64,000 nt of DNA from Beijerinckiaceae bacterium (GTDB taxonomy: Bacteria > Pseudomonadota > Alphaproteobacteria > Rhizobiales > Beijerinckiaceae). Under the pieces are notes generated by a model. It ran no database searches and was not told where the DNA came from. It was given only the letters and a program-made list of their open reading frames with translations. A program made the position numbers and the translations under genes. The stretch covers positions 290-64,289 of the forward strand of contig JAIELD010000066.1 in assembly GCA_019753285.1 (NCBI GenBank), in the 5' to 3' direction. How positions within the stretch are numbered: the first letter of the stretch is position 1; every line of letters begins with the position of its first letter. Shown one piece after another: positions 1-10,473 of this stretch.

Positions 1-1279
1 GCTCCTGGAACACGACGCCGATATTGGCGCGCAGGCTGGCGAGCGGAATGTCCCTGATGTCGATGTCGTCGATCGAGACGTAGCCTGACTGCGGATCGAA
101 GACGCGGTGCAGCAGCCCGAGCGTCGTCGACTTGCCCGAACCGGTCGAGCCGACGAGCGCGATCGTCTCGCCGGGCTGCACCTCGAAGGTCACGTCCGCG
201 ACGGCCGGCTTCTTGCCATCATAAGAAAAGGAGACGTTGTGGAAGGCGATCTTGCCGGAAAGCCGGCCCGGGTCTTTGGCGTCCGGCTTGTCGCGCACGG
301 CGGGCACCGTGTCGATCACGTCGAAGAACTGCTTCAGCTTCGGGGCCTGCAGGAAGATGGCGTTGATGAAGCCGACCACCTGATCGAGCCTGCCGATCAG
401 CGCCGTCGCGAAGGCCATGAAGGTCACGACCTCACCGACCGTCGCGAAGCCCTGCGAGAAGAGCCAGGTGCCAAGCAGCAATATGCCGAGGATGGTGAGG
501 GTCGCCGAAGCGCGCGTCACAACTGCGGCGACCGCCCACCAGGACAGAACGGGGATTTGCGCCGAGAGCAGGCGGTCGATCGTCTTGCGCATGGCAGCCG
601 ATTCGTCCGCGATGCGCGTGAAGGACTGGATGACCGAGATATTGCCGAGCGAATCCGTCGCGCGCTCGGCAAGCTGCGTGTGGAAGGCCTCGACATCGCC
701 CTGCAGCGTCTCGGTCTTGCGCAGGATGAAGGCTGAGAGAATGGTGAAGATGAAGACCAGCAGCACGAGCAGCAGCGCCAGCCGCCAGTTGATGTAGAGC
801 GAGAGCGGCAGCATCACGAACAGGGTGACGAGGCTCGCAAGATGCTCGCGAAAGAAGGAGAGCGTCATGCCGCCAAGGCCGTTCGCGCCTTCGAGCATCA
901 CCTTCATCAGCGCGCCGGAATGGGATTGCGTGTGGAACGCCTGCGGCAGGTTGAGAACATGCTCGAAGTAATTCGCCATCACCGCTAGCCGCCGGCGGTG
1001 CGAGAGCCGCTCGGCGTAAAGCGCGATGAGCACGCCGCCGGCGATGGTGAAGAGGCCGAATCCGATCCACATCGCGATCAGCGGGATCAACTTTTCGTTA
1101 TTCACGGGCACCCCGGTGCCCTGCGCGGTGGTCAGCATGTCGATGATGCGGCCGAACAGCACCGGCTCGGCGAAAGCGGCCGCCGCAATCAGAATATTCG
1201 CGAATCCAAGACAAAACCCGAGCGTTTTCTCGGGTCCGAGCTGTGCGAGGGCGCGAAGATAGATCTTGAACATGGCCAT
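1..1279 (-). CDS. ABC transporter, fused permease/ATPase. The N-terminal ~426 codons are in the window and the gene runs off the left edge. It resembles the cyclic beta-1,2-glucan exporter NdvA/ChvA.
   Basis: The ORF is absent from the track because it is open at the window edge. My reverse translation from the ATG at 1279 (or 1273) gives MAMFKIYLRALAQLGPEK...FAEPVLFGRIIDML.... Several hydrophobic TM segments follow, then ...FEVQPGETIALVGSTGSGKST (Walker A) near the left end. Confidence 0.8.
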   Translation of the reverse strand, partial: MAMFKIYLRALAQLGPEKTLGFCLGFANILIAAAAFAEPVLFGRIIDMLTTAQGTGVPVNNEKLIPLIAMWIGFGLFTIAGGVLIALYAERLSHRRRLAVMANYFEHVLNLPQAFHTQSHSGALMKVMLEGANGLGGMTLSFFREHLASLVTLFVMLPLSLYINWRLALLLVLLVFIFTILSAFILRKTETLQGDVEAFHTQLAERATDSLGNISVIQSFTRIADESAAMRKTIDRLLSAQIPVLSWWAVAAVVTRASATLTILGILLLGTWLFSQGFATVGEVVTFMAFATALIGRLDQVVGFINAIFLQAPKLKQFFDVIDTVPAVRDKPDAKDPGRLSGKIAFHNVSFSYDGKKPAVADVTFEVQPGETIALVGSTGSGKSTTLGLLHRVFDPQSGYVSIDDIDIRDIPLASLRANIGVVFQE

Positions 1280-1503
1280 GCCCGCATCTCTACGAGGTTC
1301 ATGATGCACCGCGAATGAACGGACCGGCCCCGTGCCGACGATCGCAAAACCCCCTTGTTTCTTGAAGGCCTAACATCGGCGGGTCAAATGAAATCGAATG
1401 TTTAACTCTTCCTTCAGCGCCTCACCTTAGGGTTGTTTTCCAGTGTTATCAGGCTTTTGAGCCGGCCAAAGAATTGCGCCGGCCCGTGGCCTTGGAGGCT
1501 TCA

Positions 1504-2274
1504 ATGGACATCGCCACAGGACTTGGCTACGTCGCGGGAATTGCGACTGTCATCACGCTGGTGCTTCTGGGCGGCGACGCCAAGAATTTCTACGACACGC
1601 ACGCCATCGTCGTCATCGGCGGCGGGTGCCTTGCCGGCACGCTGATCCGCTTTCCCTTCTCCGCCCTCATCCATGGGTTTCCCATGGGCGTGCGCTTCGC
1701 GTTCACCATGCGCGCCATGAACCCTCGTGTCCTCATCGAGGAGATCACGCGCATCGCCGAGGTGGTGCGCAAATCCGGCCCGATCGCGCTGGAGAACGTC
1801 CAGGTCGAGGACCCGTTCCTCGCCCAGGGCGTGCGCTATGTTGCCGACGGCTACGACCCCGACTTCATACGCTCGGCCCTCGAAAAGGATCGCGATACCT
1901 TCCTGACCCATCTTGACGAAGGCCAGAAGATCTACCGTTCGATCGGCGACGCGGCGCCCGCCTGGGGCATGGTCGGCACGCTCATCGGCATGGTGCAGAT
2001 GTTCGCGAACATGGACGACCCTTCGAAGCTCGGACCGTTCATGGCGATTTCGCTGCTGGCCACGCTCTATGGCGCTCTCGTCGGCAATCTTCTCTGCCTG
2101 CCGCTCGCCGACAAGCTTCACCTGAAGCTCGAGGAAGAGGAAATCTCCCGCACCCTCATCATCGACGGCATCATGCAGATCAGGGAGTCGAAGAGCCCGA
2201 CCATGGTCCGCGAAATGCTGATCTCGTACCTGCCCACGCACCACAAGGCCGAATTCGCCGACGCGCTCGCCTGA
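1504..2274 (+). CDS. motA: MotA/PomA-type flagellar stator proton-channel protein (MotA/TolQ/ExbB family)
   Basis: Track ORF 1474..2274, trimmed to MDIATGLGYV with GGAGG 7 nt upstream. It is ~256 aa with four TM segments and a ...GMVGTLIGMVQMF...LLATLYGALVGNLLCLPLADKL motif region typical of MotA/PomA. Confidence 0.8.
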   Translation: MDIATGLGYVAGIATVITLVLLGGDAKNFYDTHAIVVIGGGCLAGTLIRFPFSALIHGFPMGVRFAFTMRAMNPRVLIEEITRIAEVVRKSGPIALENVQVEDPFLAQGVRYVADGYDPDFIRSALEKDRDTFLTHLDEGQKIYRSIGDAAPAWGMVGTLIGMVQMFANMDDPSKLGPFMAISLLATLYGALVGNLLCLPLADKLHLKLEEEEISRTLIIDGIMQIRESKSPTMVREMLISYLPTHHKAEFADALA

Positions 2275-2317
2275 ACGGCGCGCGCCTAACGTCCAGAACA
2301 GACAGGGCTAAAAGACG

Positions 2318-3190
2318 ATGGCACGCAAGAAAGCAGCACATGCGGGTGGACACGGCTGGTTCGTGACCTTCGCCGATCTGATGGGCCTGCTGATGAGCTT
2401 CTTCGTCATGCTCGTCGCCTTCTCGACGCAGGATTCGAAAAAACTGCAGATCGTCGCGGGCTCGATGCGCGATGCCTTCGGTAACCAGAAGGAGAGCCGC
2501 AACGCCGGCATCGTCGAGCTTGACGGCATTCCGGTGAGGCCTAACCTGCAGAACGTCGAGCAGGCGCCGACCGATCAGGGCTCCGACATCACCGCGCCGA
2601 TCCGCTTCGAGAAGCGCGACAACGGCCTGATCCTCGTGCTGCATGACCGCAATTTCGCCATGGCAGCCGCCTCGTTGCGTCAGGCCCTGCAGGACCTGCC
2701 CGATTTCGCCGAAATTTCGAAGAACGTGGTGATCGAGGAGACGAAGGAGGGGCTGGACCTCCAGATCGTCGACCAGGACGGGCGCTCGATGTTCCCCGAG
2801 GGCAGCACCATCCCTTATGAGCGCACACGCAAGATTTTGGAGAAGCTGGGTCCGTCCCTGCGCAAGCTGCCGAACCGCATCCGCATCTCCGGCCACACGT
2901 CAGGCGTGCGCGGCGCGACGCGGCCCGGCGGGGCTGCCTGGCAGGTCTCGACCGAGCGGGCGCTTGCAGTCAGAGACATCCTCTCTGATGCCGGCGTGCC
3001 GGACGACCGCTTCCAGTCGGTGATCGGCAAGGCGGACACCGAGCCGACCTTCCCTGACGATCCCTATATCGCCGCCAACCGCCGCATCTCGATCCTGCTG
3101 CTGCGCGAAGCGCCGCCGCTGCCGGCAAAGCCGCTGGCCCGCCCGGATGGAGCGATCAAGGTCGGCCCCGCCAAGAAGACGAGCGAGTGA
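2318..3190 (+). CDS. motB: MotB-type stator protein with an OmpA-like peptidoglycan-binding C-terminus
   Basis: The N-terminus GHGWFVTFADLMGLLMSFFVMLVAF has a single TM with the conserved channel Asp. The C-terminus ...RIRISGHTS...STERALAVRDILSDAGVPDDRF...ANRRISILLL is an OmpA/MotB fold signature. The gene starts 43 nt after motA. Confidence 0.8.
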   Translation: MARKKAAHAGGHGWFVTFADLMGLLMSFFVMLVAFSTQDSKKLQIVAGSMRDAFGNQKESRNAGIVELDGIPVRPNLQNVEQAPTDQGSDITAPIRFEKRDNGLILVLHDRNFAMAAASLRQALQDLPDFAEISKNVVIEETKEGLDLQIVDQDGRSMFPEGSTIPYERTRKILEKLGPSLRKLPNRIRISGHTSGVRGATRPGGAAWQVSTERALAVRDILSDAGVPDDRFQSVIGKADTEPTFPDDPYIAANRRISILLLREAPPLPAKPLARPDGAIKVGPAKKTSE

Positions 3191-3218
3191 GGATTGGCGG
3201 CCGGCCCGTCGACACCGT

Positions 3219-3743
3219 CTATGGGCTGAGGATGACGACCCAATACACCTTGTATTTGCTGTTCGGAGCATAGGCGGTCGCTATCCCGAGCCGCCGAGCC
3301 GCCGCTGTGCGCAGCTTTCGGTCATGGCTTGGCGAGCCGCGCCAGCCGGAGAATGCGTCGGACACCGTGTAGTATCCGGCGGATACGATCTCCTCGCGGC
3401 CCGCGCCCTTGCCTGATGTGCCCTTGCCTGATGTGCCCTTGCCCGATGCGCCTTTCGAGCCGTCAGCGACCGCGCCGGCCAGCGCCAGCGCCTCCGCCTT
3501 GCGCTCGGCCTCCGCCATCAGTTGCGGGTCGAGGACGAGCGGCGCAAGGCCGAGATTGCCGCGATAGCCGTTGAAGAGGTCGCGCGCCGAGGCCGCATCG
3601 ACGCGGGCGCTCGCCGAGGCAAGCTCGGTGTAGAAGACCGGTTTGGCCGGTGGTGGCGGCTCTCGTCCGCAGCTTGTCAGGGCCAGACCGCCGGCGACGA
3701 TGAAAAGCGCGCGCCTTAAAGCGCGCCGCGTGCAGCCGGTCAT
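3219..3743 (-). CDS. CAP/SCP (YkwD-like) domain lipoprotein
   Basis: A lipobox-like LALTSC follows the signal sequence. The C-terminus FSGWRGSPSHDRKLRTAAARRLGIATAYAPNSKYKVYWVVIL matches the CAP-domain W..S.gH...l...iG signature. The start overlaps the stop of the upstream channel gene (ATGA). Confidence 0.7.
   Translation of the reverse strand: MTGCTRRALRRALFIVAGGLALTSCGREPPPPAKPVFYTELASASARVDAASARDLFNGYRGNLGLAPLVLDPQLMAEAERKAEALALAGAVADGSKGASGKGTSGKGTSGKGAGREEIVSAGYYTVSDAFSGWRGSPSHDRKLRTAAARRLGIATAYAPNSKYKVYWVVILSP
3405..3452. repeat. In-frame 15-bp tandem repeat, about 3 copies (cccttgcctgatgtg x2 plus a variant), encoding (GTSGK)n
   Basis: Read directly from the sequence. It corresponds to residues ~98-113 (GASGKGTSGKGTSGKG) of the CAP-domain protein. 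Confidence 0.9.
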
Positions 3744-6226
3744 CGCGAGAGCGCCTTCGTCTTGCGCGCCGGCTCGCCGGCAGGCTCGCCGTCGTCGCCC
3801 GGTGCGATGCGCGCGGCAAGCGTGTCGGAGAGCTTGTCGATGTCGCCGAGCGCGATCGTCGGCGCGGTCATCGGCATCTCGACGCCGTGCTGCCGCAGCT
3901 TCTCGTAAAGCGTGAACATCAGCTCGCTGCGGGTCGTCGCCGTCGCATCGACGTCGGTGAAGCAGCGCAGCTCGAAATCGAGCGAGGCTTCGGTGATCTT
4001 GAGGAAAAACACGCGGGCCGGCGGCTGGGAGAGCACCGAGCGGTGCTCATGGGCGGTTGCGAGCAGCAGTTCCTCAATGTGCTTGGGCTCTTCCTTGCGG
4101 TTGACGCTGATCGGGATGACGATGCGCGCCTGGCGGTTGTTGTGCATCCAGTTCTTGACGCGCCCGGAGATGAACTCGCTGTTCGGCACGATCACGCTCG
4201 CCTTGTCGAAGGTCTCGATTTCGGTTGCGCGCACATTGATGCGCCGAACGGTGCCCTCCTCGCCGCCGACAACGATCCAGTCGCCGACGCGCAGCGGCCG
4301 CTCCCAGAGCAGGATGAGCCCGGAGACGAAATTGTTGACGATCGACTGCAGGCCGAAACCGATACCGACCGAGAGCGCGCCGGCGACGATGGTGATCTTG
4401 TCGAGGCTGAGGCCTGCCTGCCCGAGCGCCAGCGCGGTCGCGAGCAAGGTGCCGATATAGCCGAAGATCGTCTTGATCGAATTGCGCAGTCCGACATCGA
4501 GCCCGGTATGCGGCAGGTAGCGCAGCTCGAGCCAGCGCTGGATTGCCCGCGTGAGGAACAGGCCGATGCCGAAGATGAGCATCGCGCCGGCGATCGCCGA
4601 GAGCGAGATGGTGACGCCGGCGATCGAGAAGCCGAAGAAGGCGGCCTTGAGATATCCGGTGAGGTCGGCGCTGTCGATGCCCCAGGGCGCGAGCACCATG
4701 AAGGCGGCGATGGCGATGAGCGCGAGCCTGAGCACGCCCGAGGTGAGGATACCGATCTGGTCGACCGAGCCGCTCCTCAGGCCGATCGCCTGACGGATCT
4801 CGCGCCCGAGCCTGCCTTCGGAGGAGATGCCCTTGCCGATCGCCTCGTCGACGATGATGAGAAACAGGCTCACCAGCACGGCGACGATCGCCACCCAGAC
4901 GATCTGCTGGCTGAGGAACGAGGCGAGGGCGACGTATCCGGAGACTGCGGCCGCAACGATTGCCGCCGTCACCAGCCAGCCGACGATGCGGAGCCAGTTG
5001 CCTCGCTCGGCGGGCGTCGAGGTCTGCGGCCCGAAACACTCCTCCTCGGCCTTCAACTGCTTGTCATCGGCGACCTTGAGGCTGCGCAGCACACGCATGA
5101 TGACAAGCGCGATCAGGACCGCCGTCACGCCCTTGATGAGGATCGAGACGTTGAGCGGCGAGACGATCGCCTGGCTCACCGCTTCCAGTGTCTTGCCGGC
5201 GATGAGGACGGTCGCGACCGCCGAGGCGAGAAGCTGCAACTGCGTCGCAAGATCGTCATCGACGTTGAAGACGCGCCAGCTCGGTTTGGAGATCGGAACG
5301 ACGCCCATGGAGATGGCTCGGACGAAGAACACGAAGGCGATGCCGGAAAGGAGCGTGCGCATGATCGGCGCGACCCTGCCGGGCATCAGGTCGAGCGCGT
5401 CGAACACGAAATAGAGCGCGGCGCAGATGAGGGCCGGCACCAGCGACGCGCCGAACGACACGCGCAGCGCCCGCATCGCCCGCGCGAGCTTGGACGGTTC
5501 CTTCACCTCGCTCGGACGTCCCTCGAAGCGGTAGACAAGGCGAAGCAGGCGGGGCGCAACAACCGCCAGCAGGAAAAACACGACGGCGACGATGAGCGCG
5601 CGCACGAGGTCGAGCGCCTCTATCACGGTCTGCCACCAATCATGCATCAGCGTCAGGAAATGCTGCAGCTCGCCCGGGCCGTTGCGCGCGACGTCAAACC
5701 AGATCGCCGGGCTGATCAGCGGCGTCGTGCGCTCGAGCAGCGTGCTCGCGAACAGGCTGCGGCGGCGCTCCAGCACGGTGTTGAGAATCTGCGTTGCCTT
5801 CTCATGCTGGAATTTTGCGATGCGGACGGTGTCGTCGAGCTCCTTCTGCAGTTTTTCCTGCGCCTCGCGCTCGGCGGCGACCTCCGGGCTCTGCGTCGCC
5901 CCGGTCTTCGCGTCCGGCGCGGGACCAAGCTGCTCGAGCCGGCTTTTCACGCCCTCCAACCGCGGCGTCTGCGCCGCGATCATCTCGCGCAGTTCGTCGA
6001 GCAGCGGCTCGACGTTGCTTCGCACGCCGGTGAGCTGCGCGTCGCTGAGATCGCGGCGCTGGAGCGTCGCCTCGAGCTGCTGGAGCTGGAGATTGATCGA
6101 GTCGAGCCTCGACTTGTCGGTTGCCGGCGCCTGCGCCTGCAACGCGCCGGCCTGCGTGAGAACCAGAATCAGTCCGAAAAGAAAGGCGATCACGCCGGAG
6201 AAGGCGGATTTCGAGGCGTTCGTCAT
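3740..6226 (-). CDS. Large mechanosensitive ion channel, MscS family (MscK/KefA-like, with an N-terminal periplasmic coiled-coil)
   Basis: 828 aa. It has a signal peptide, a long coiled-coil region and ~10 TM segments. The C-terminal MscS core reads ...SIVNNFVSGLILLWERPLRVGDWIVVGGEEGTVRRINVRATEIETFD.... Confidence 0.85.
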   Translation of the reverse strand: MTNASKSAFSGVIAFLFGLILVLTQAGALQAQAPATDKSRLDSINLQLQQLEATLQRRDLSDAQLTGVRSNVEPLLDELREMIAAQTPRLEGVKSRLEQLGPAPDAKTGATQSPEVAAEREAQEKLQKELDDTVRIAKFQHEKATQILNTVLERRRSLFASTLLERTTPLISPAIWFDVARNGPGELQHFLTLMHDWWQTVIEALDLVRALIVAVVFFLLAVVAPRLLRLVYRFEGRPSEVKEPSKLARAMRALRVSFGASLVPALICAALYFVFDALDLMPGRVAPIMRTLLSGIAFVFFVRAISMGVVPISKPSWRVFNVDDDLATQLQLLASAVATVLIAGKTLEAVSQAIVSPLNVSILIKGVTAVLIALVIMRVLRSLKVADDKQLKAEEECFGPQTSTPAERGNWLRIVGWLVTAAIVAAAVSGYVALASFLSQQIVWVAIVAVLVSLFLIIVDEAIGKGISSEGRLGREIRQAIGLRSGSVDQIGILTSGVLRLALIAIAAFMVLAPWGIDSADLTGYLKAAFFGFSIAGVTISLSAIAGAMLIFGIGLFLTRAIQRWLELRYLPHTGLDVGLRNSIKTIFGYIGTLLATALALGQAGLSLDKITIVAGALSVGIGFGLQSIVNNFVSGLILLWERPLRVGDWIVVGGEEGTVRRINVRATEIETFDKASVIVPNSEFISGRVKNWMHNNRQARIVIPISVNRKEEPKHIEELLLATAHEHRSVLSQPPARVFFLKITEASLDFELRCFTDVDATATTRSELMFTLYEKLRQHGVEMPMTAPTIALGDIDKLSDTLAARIAPGDDGEPAGEPARKTKALSR

Positions 6227-6310
6227 GATCGATCCTGGTCCATCGTCGGCCGGCCTTCAGCGCCAGCCGAAGCCCTTCGTCGCTATATCGCCCGGCATGC
6301 CCGAATACAA

Positions 6311-6362
6311 ACGCAAGGGAACGGCTGCAAGGGAACAGCTGCAAGAGAACGGCTGCAAGGGA
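6311..6362. repeat. 14-bp direct tandem repeats: acggctgcaaggga / acagctgcaagaga / acggctgcaaggga, preceded by the partial copy acgcaaggga
   Basis: Read directly from the sequence. It lies in the divergent spacer between the mscS-family gene and acs. Confidence 0.9.
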
Positions 6363-6595
6363 GCGGCCGAGGCTCGGTCGGGTGCATCGCGACTATCTTC
6401 GTAGATGCGGAAAATTGGGCCGCAATGGGGTTCGGATGCGGGATTGGTGAGGCAGCGCCGCTTTCAGCGCCGGCCGGAGGCGACCAAAGTGTGAGCAGAT
6501 TGGCCTTGTTCGGTCAACCGATGGGGCGTTACAAGGTTTGAAAAGGACCGTCGGCGGTCGGAAGCCGGGCAATGTCCCGAAACAGGTGAGGAAAG

Positions 6596-8539
<1,944 letters not shown>

Positions 8540-8543
8540 TGGC

Positions 8544-8572
8544 GGGCGGCTGCGGCCGCCTCAGCTTTTTTT
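8544..8572 (+). terminator. Possible rho-independent terminator of acs
   Basis: Stem ggcggc, loop tgcg, stem gccgcc, followed 5 nt later by T7. It overlaps the 3' end of the convergent small CDS. Confidence 0.4.
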
Positions 8573-8827
8573 GAGGTTGCAGGTGAGCGCGCCGCCATAG
8601 AGCTTGCCCTCCTGCCAGCATCCGGTCGCGCGGCATTCGGTGAGCTTGGGCGTGCAATGGTCGGGCATGCAGTCCTTGTCGCGAGGCAGGCGCTGCTGGC
8701 AGCGGGCGGCGCAGGTCTTCTGGAAGCTGCTGCAGGATTCGGCCGCCAGCGCCGTGCCCACGCTGCCAGCGGCCAGCGCCAGTCCGGCCCACGCGGCGAG
8801 CACCGCGCCCAATCTCATCGTTCTCAT
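8561..8827 (-). CDS. Small secreted cysteine-rich protein (hypothetical)
   Basis: Track ORF 8561..8896, trimmed to MRTMRLGAVLAAWAGLALAAGSVGTALA (signal peptide). The mature ~60 aa contain 8 Cys (CSSFQKTCAARCQQ...CMPDHCTPKLTECRATGCW...TC). The start could also be 8833 or 8818. Confidence 0.55.
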   Translation of the reverse strand: MRTMRLGAVLAAWAGLALAAGSVGTALAAESCSSFQKTCAARCQQRLPRDKDCMPDHCTPKLTECRATGCWQEGKLYGGALTCNLKKS

Positions 8828-8961
8828 TCCCATTGCCCCCGAATGCCCATCTGCGCACGGCGTGTCAGCTTGGCTTAACCTTAATACGGCTTTCACCGTG
8901 TTTCTTCAACGCGCCGAAACCGTTCGGCCTGCAGCGTCATTTTCGCAAAAGGAGCGGTGCG

Positions 8962-9486
8962 ATGCGCAGGGAAGAACTGTTCAGCCTGGTGCAGGCATGG
9001 GTCGCGGTGATCGCGATGATCGCCGTTCTGTTCATGGTCGGGCCTGTCCGGGCGGTCGAACTCGTGCACAATCCGGGCTACGAGCCGGGTCAGATCATCG
9101 TCAGAAGCGGCGAGCGCAAACTTTACCTCATTGTCGATGGGGAACGGGCGCTGCGCTACCCCGTGGCGGTGGGCAAGCCAGGCAAGCAGTGGTTCGGCGT
9201 GAAAGCGATCGACGGCAAATATGTCCGCCCCGCCTGGAGCCCGCCGGCGGAGGTGAAGCGCGACGTGCCGAGCCTGCCGGACGTGATCGAGGGCGGCTCG
9301 CCGCACAATCCGATGGGCGAACGCGCGCTGACGCTGACCGGCGATGCCTACGCGATCCACGGCACCAACCGGCCGAAATCGGTCGGCACCTTCGCCTCCT
9401 ATGGCTGCATTCGCATGTATAACGAGGACATCGTGGATCTGTACGACAGGGTGAAGGTCGGCACGCGCGTGGTGGTAACGCGATAG
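8962..9486 (+). CDS. L,D-transpeptidase (YkuD/ErfK family)
   Basis: Trimmed from 8833 to MRREELF, with AAAGGAG upstream. It has a TM/signal segment and the catalytic motif ...AIHGTNRPKSVGTFASYGCIRMYNEDIVDLY. Confidence 0.88.
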   Translation: MRREELFSLVQAWVAVIAMIAVLFMVGPVRAVELVHNPGYEPGQIIVRSGERKLYLIVDGERALRYPVAVGKPGKQWFGVKAIDGKYVRPAWSPPAEVKRDVPSLPDVIEGGSPHNPMGERALTLTGDAYAIHGTNRPKSVGTFASYGCIRMYNEDIVDLYDRVKVGTRVVVTR

Positions 9487-9528
9487 GCTCGCTCCTTTTT
9501 TGAACGACATTCAGGCGGTCTTGCAGTA

Positions 9529-10470
9529 TTGAGCGCGTTTATTCGCACGCCTCATGCCGCCATGATCGAAATCGCCGCCCTTTACCATTTCATGCGCCTG
9601 CCGCATTACGCGGACCTCCGCGCGTCGCTGCAGACCCTGTTCGACGCCCATGGCGTCAAGGGCATTATCCTGCTGGCGCATGAAGGCTTCAACGGCACGC
9701 TGGCCGCCGAACCGGCGGCTCTGCACGCCGCACTCGAAGGCCTGCGGCAGATCACCGGCGCGGATTTCGAGCACAAGACCTCGCATGCCGGGACAATGCC
9801 CTTTCTGCGCATGAAGGTGCGGCTGAAGGCCGAGATCGTCACCATGGGCGAGCCCGATGTCGATCCGCTTGGGAGCATCGGGACCTATGTCGAGCCCGAG
9901 AACTGGAACGCGCTCATCAGCGACCCCGAGGTACTGGTGATCGACACGCGCAATGCCTACGAGACCCGCATTGGCACCTTCAAAGGCGCGCTCGACCCGC
10001 AGACAGACAGCTTCCGCGATTTCCCAGCGTATGTGCGCGACAACCTCGATCCGGCGCGGCACAGGAAGATCGCCATGTTCTGCACCGGCGGCATTCGCTG
10101 CGAGAAGGCGACATCGTTCATGAAGCAGGCGGGCTTCGACGAGGTCTATCATTTGAAGGGCGGCATCCTCAAATATCTCGAGACGGTCGACCCTGCGCAA
10201 AGCCTCTGGAACGGGGCCTGCTTCGTGTTCGACGAGCGCGTCGCGGTCGGGCATGGGCTTGGCGTCGAGGATTATGCGCTCTGCCATGGCTGCCGCGAGC
10301 CGCTATCGGCCGAGGACCGCGACCACGCGGATTATGAGCCCGGCGTTTCCTGCCGCTTCTGCGCGCCGAAGCTGACGCCGGAGCAGAAAGCCTCCGCCCG
10401 CGAGCGCCAGCGTCAGATCATGCTGGCGAAAGCGCGCGGCGAGCGGCATCTCGGGCCGAAGGACCAGTAG
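9529..10470 (+). CDS. trhO: Rhodanese-domain protein of the UPF0176/YceA family (tRNA uridine(34) hydroxylase TrhO-like)
   Basis: It has ...IAALYHF..., a rhodanese active-site loop [12 protein letters not shown], and a C-terminal Cys cluster CHGC...C..C. The start may instead be the Met at 9562. Confidence 0.75.
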   Translation: MSAFIRTPHAAMIEIAALYHFMRLPHYADLRASLQTLFDAHGVKGIILLAHEGFNGTLAAEPAALHAALEGLRQITGADFEHKTSHAGTMPFLRMKVRLKAEIVTMGEPDVDPLGSIGTYVEPENWNALISDPEVLVIDTRNAYETRIGTFKGALDPQTDSFRDFPAYVRDNLDPARHRKIAMFCTGGIRCEKATSFMKQAGFDEVYHLKGGILKYLETVDPAQSLWNGACFVFDERVAVGHGLGVEDYALCHGCREPLSAEDRDHADYEPGVSCRFCAPKLTPEQKASARERQRQIMLAKARGERHLGPKDQ

Positions 10471-10473
10471 TCT

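Noticed and set aside
1504-3190. MotA/MotB pair as a Zorya-type (ZorAB) anti-phage module.
   Set aside because: ZorA proteins are much larger, with a long C-terminal tail, and come with ZorC/D or ZorE partners. Here MotA is the ordinary ~256-aa size and no nuclease or helicase partner is adjacent.
3405-6362. CRISPR-like arrays. I checked the two tandem-repeat loci (3405-3452 and 6311-6362).
   Set aside because: The repeats abut directly with no spacers, the units are 14-15 bp, and no cas genes are present. They are simple tandem repeats.
3887-6541. Very long ORFs antisense to real genes. Examples are 3887..6541 (+, 884 aa), 32171..34006 (+, 611 aa), 34743..36719 (+, 658 aa), 17489..19246 (-, 585 aa) and 63062..64000 (+).
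   Set aside because: Their translations are Arg/Ala/Gly/Asp-rich low-complexity strings with no recognisable motifs. Each lies opposite a gene with unmistakable family signatures. This is the usual stop-codon-poor antisense frame of high-G+C DNA.
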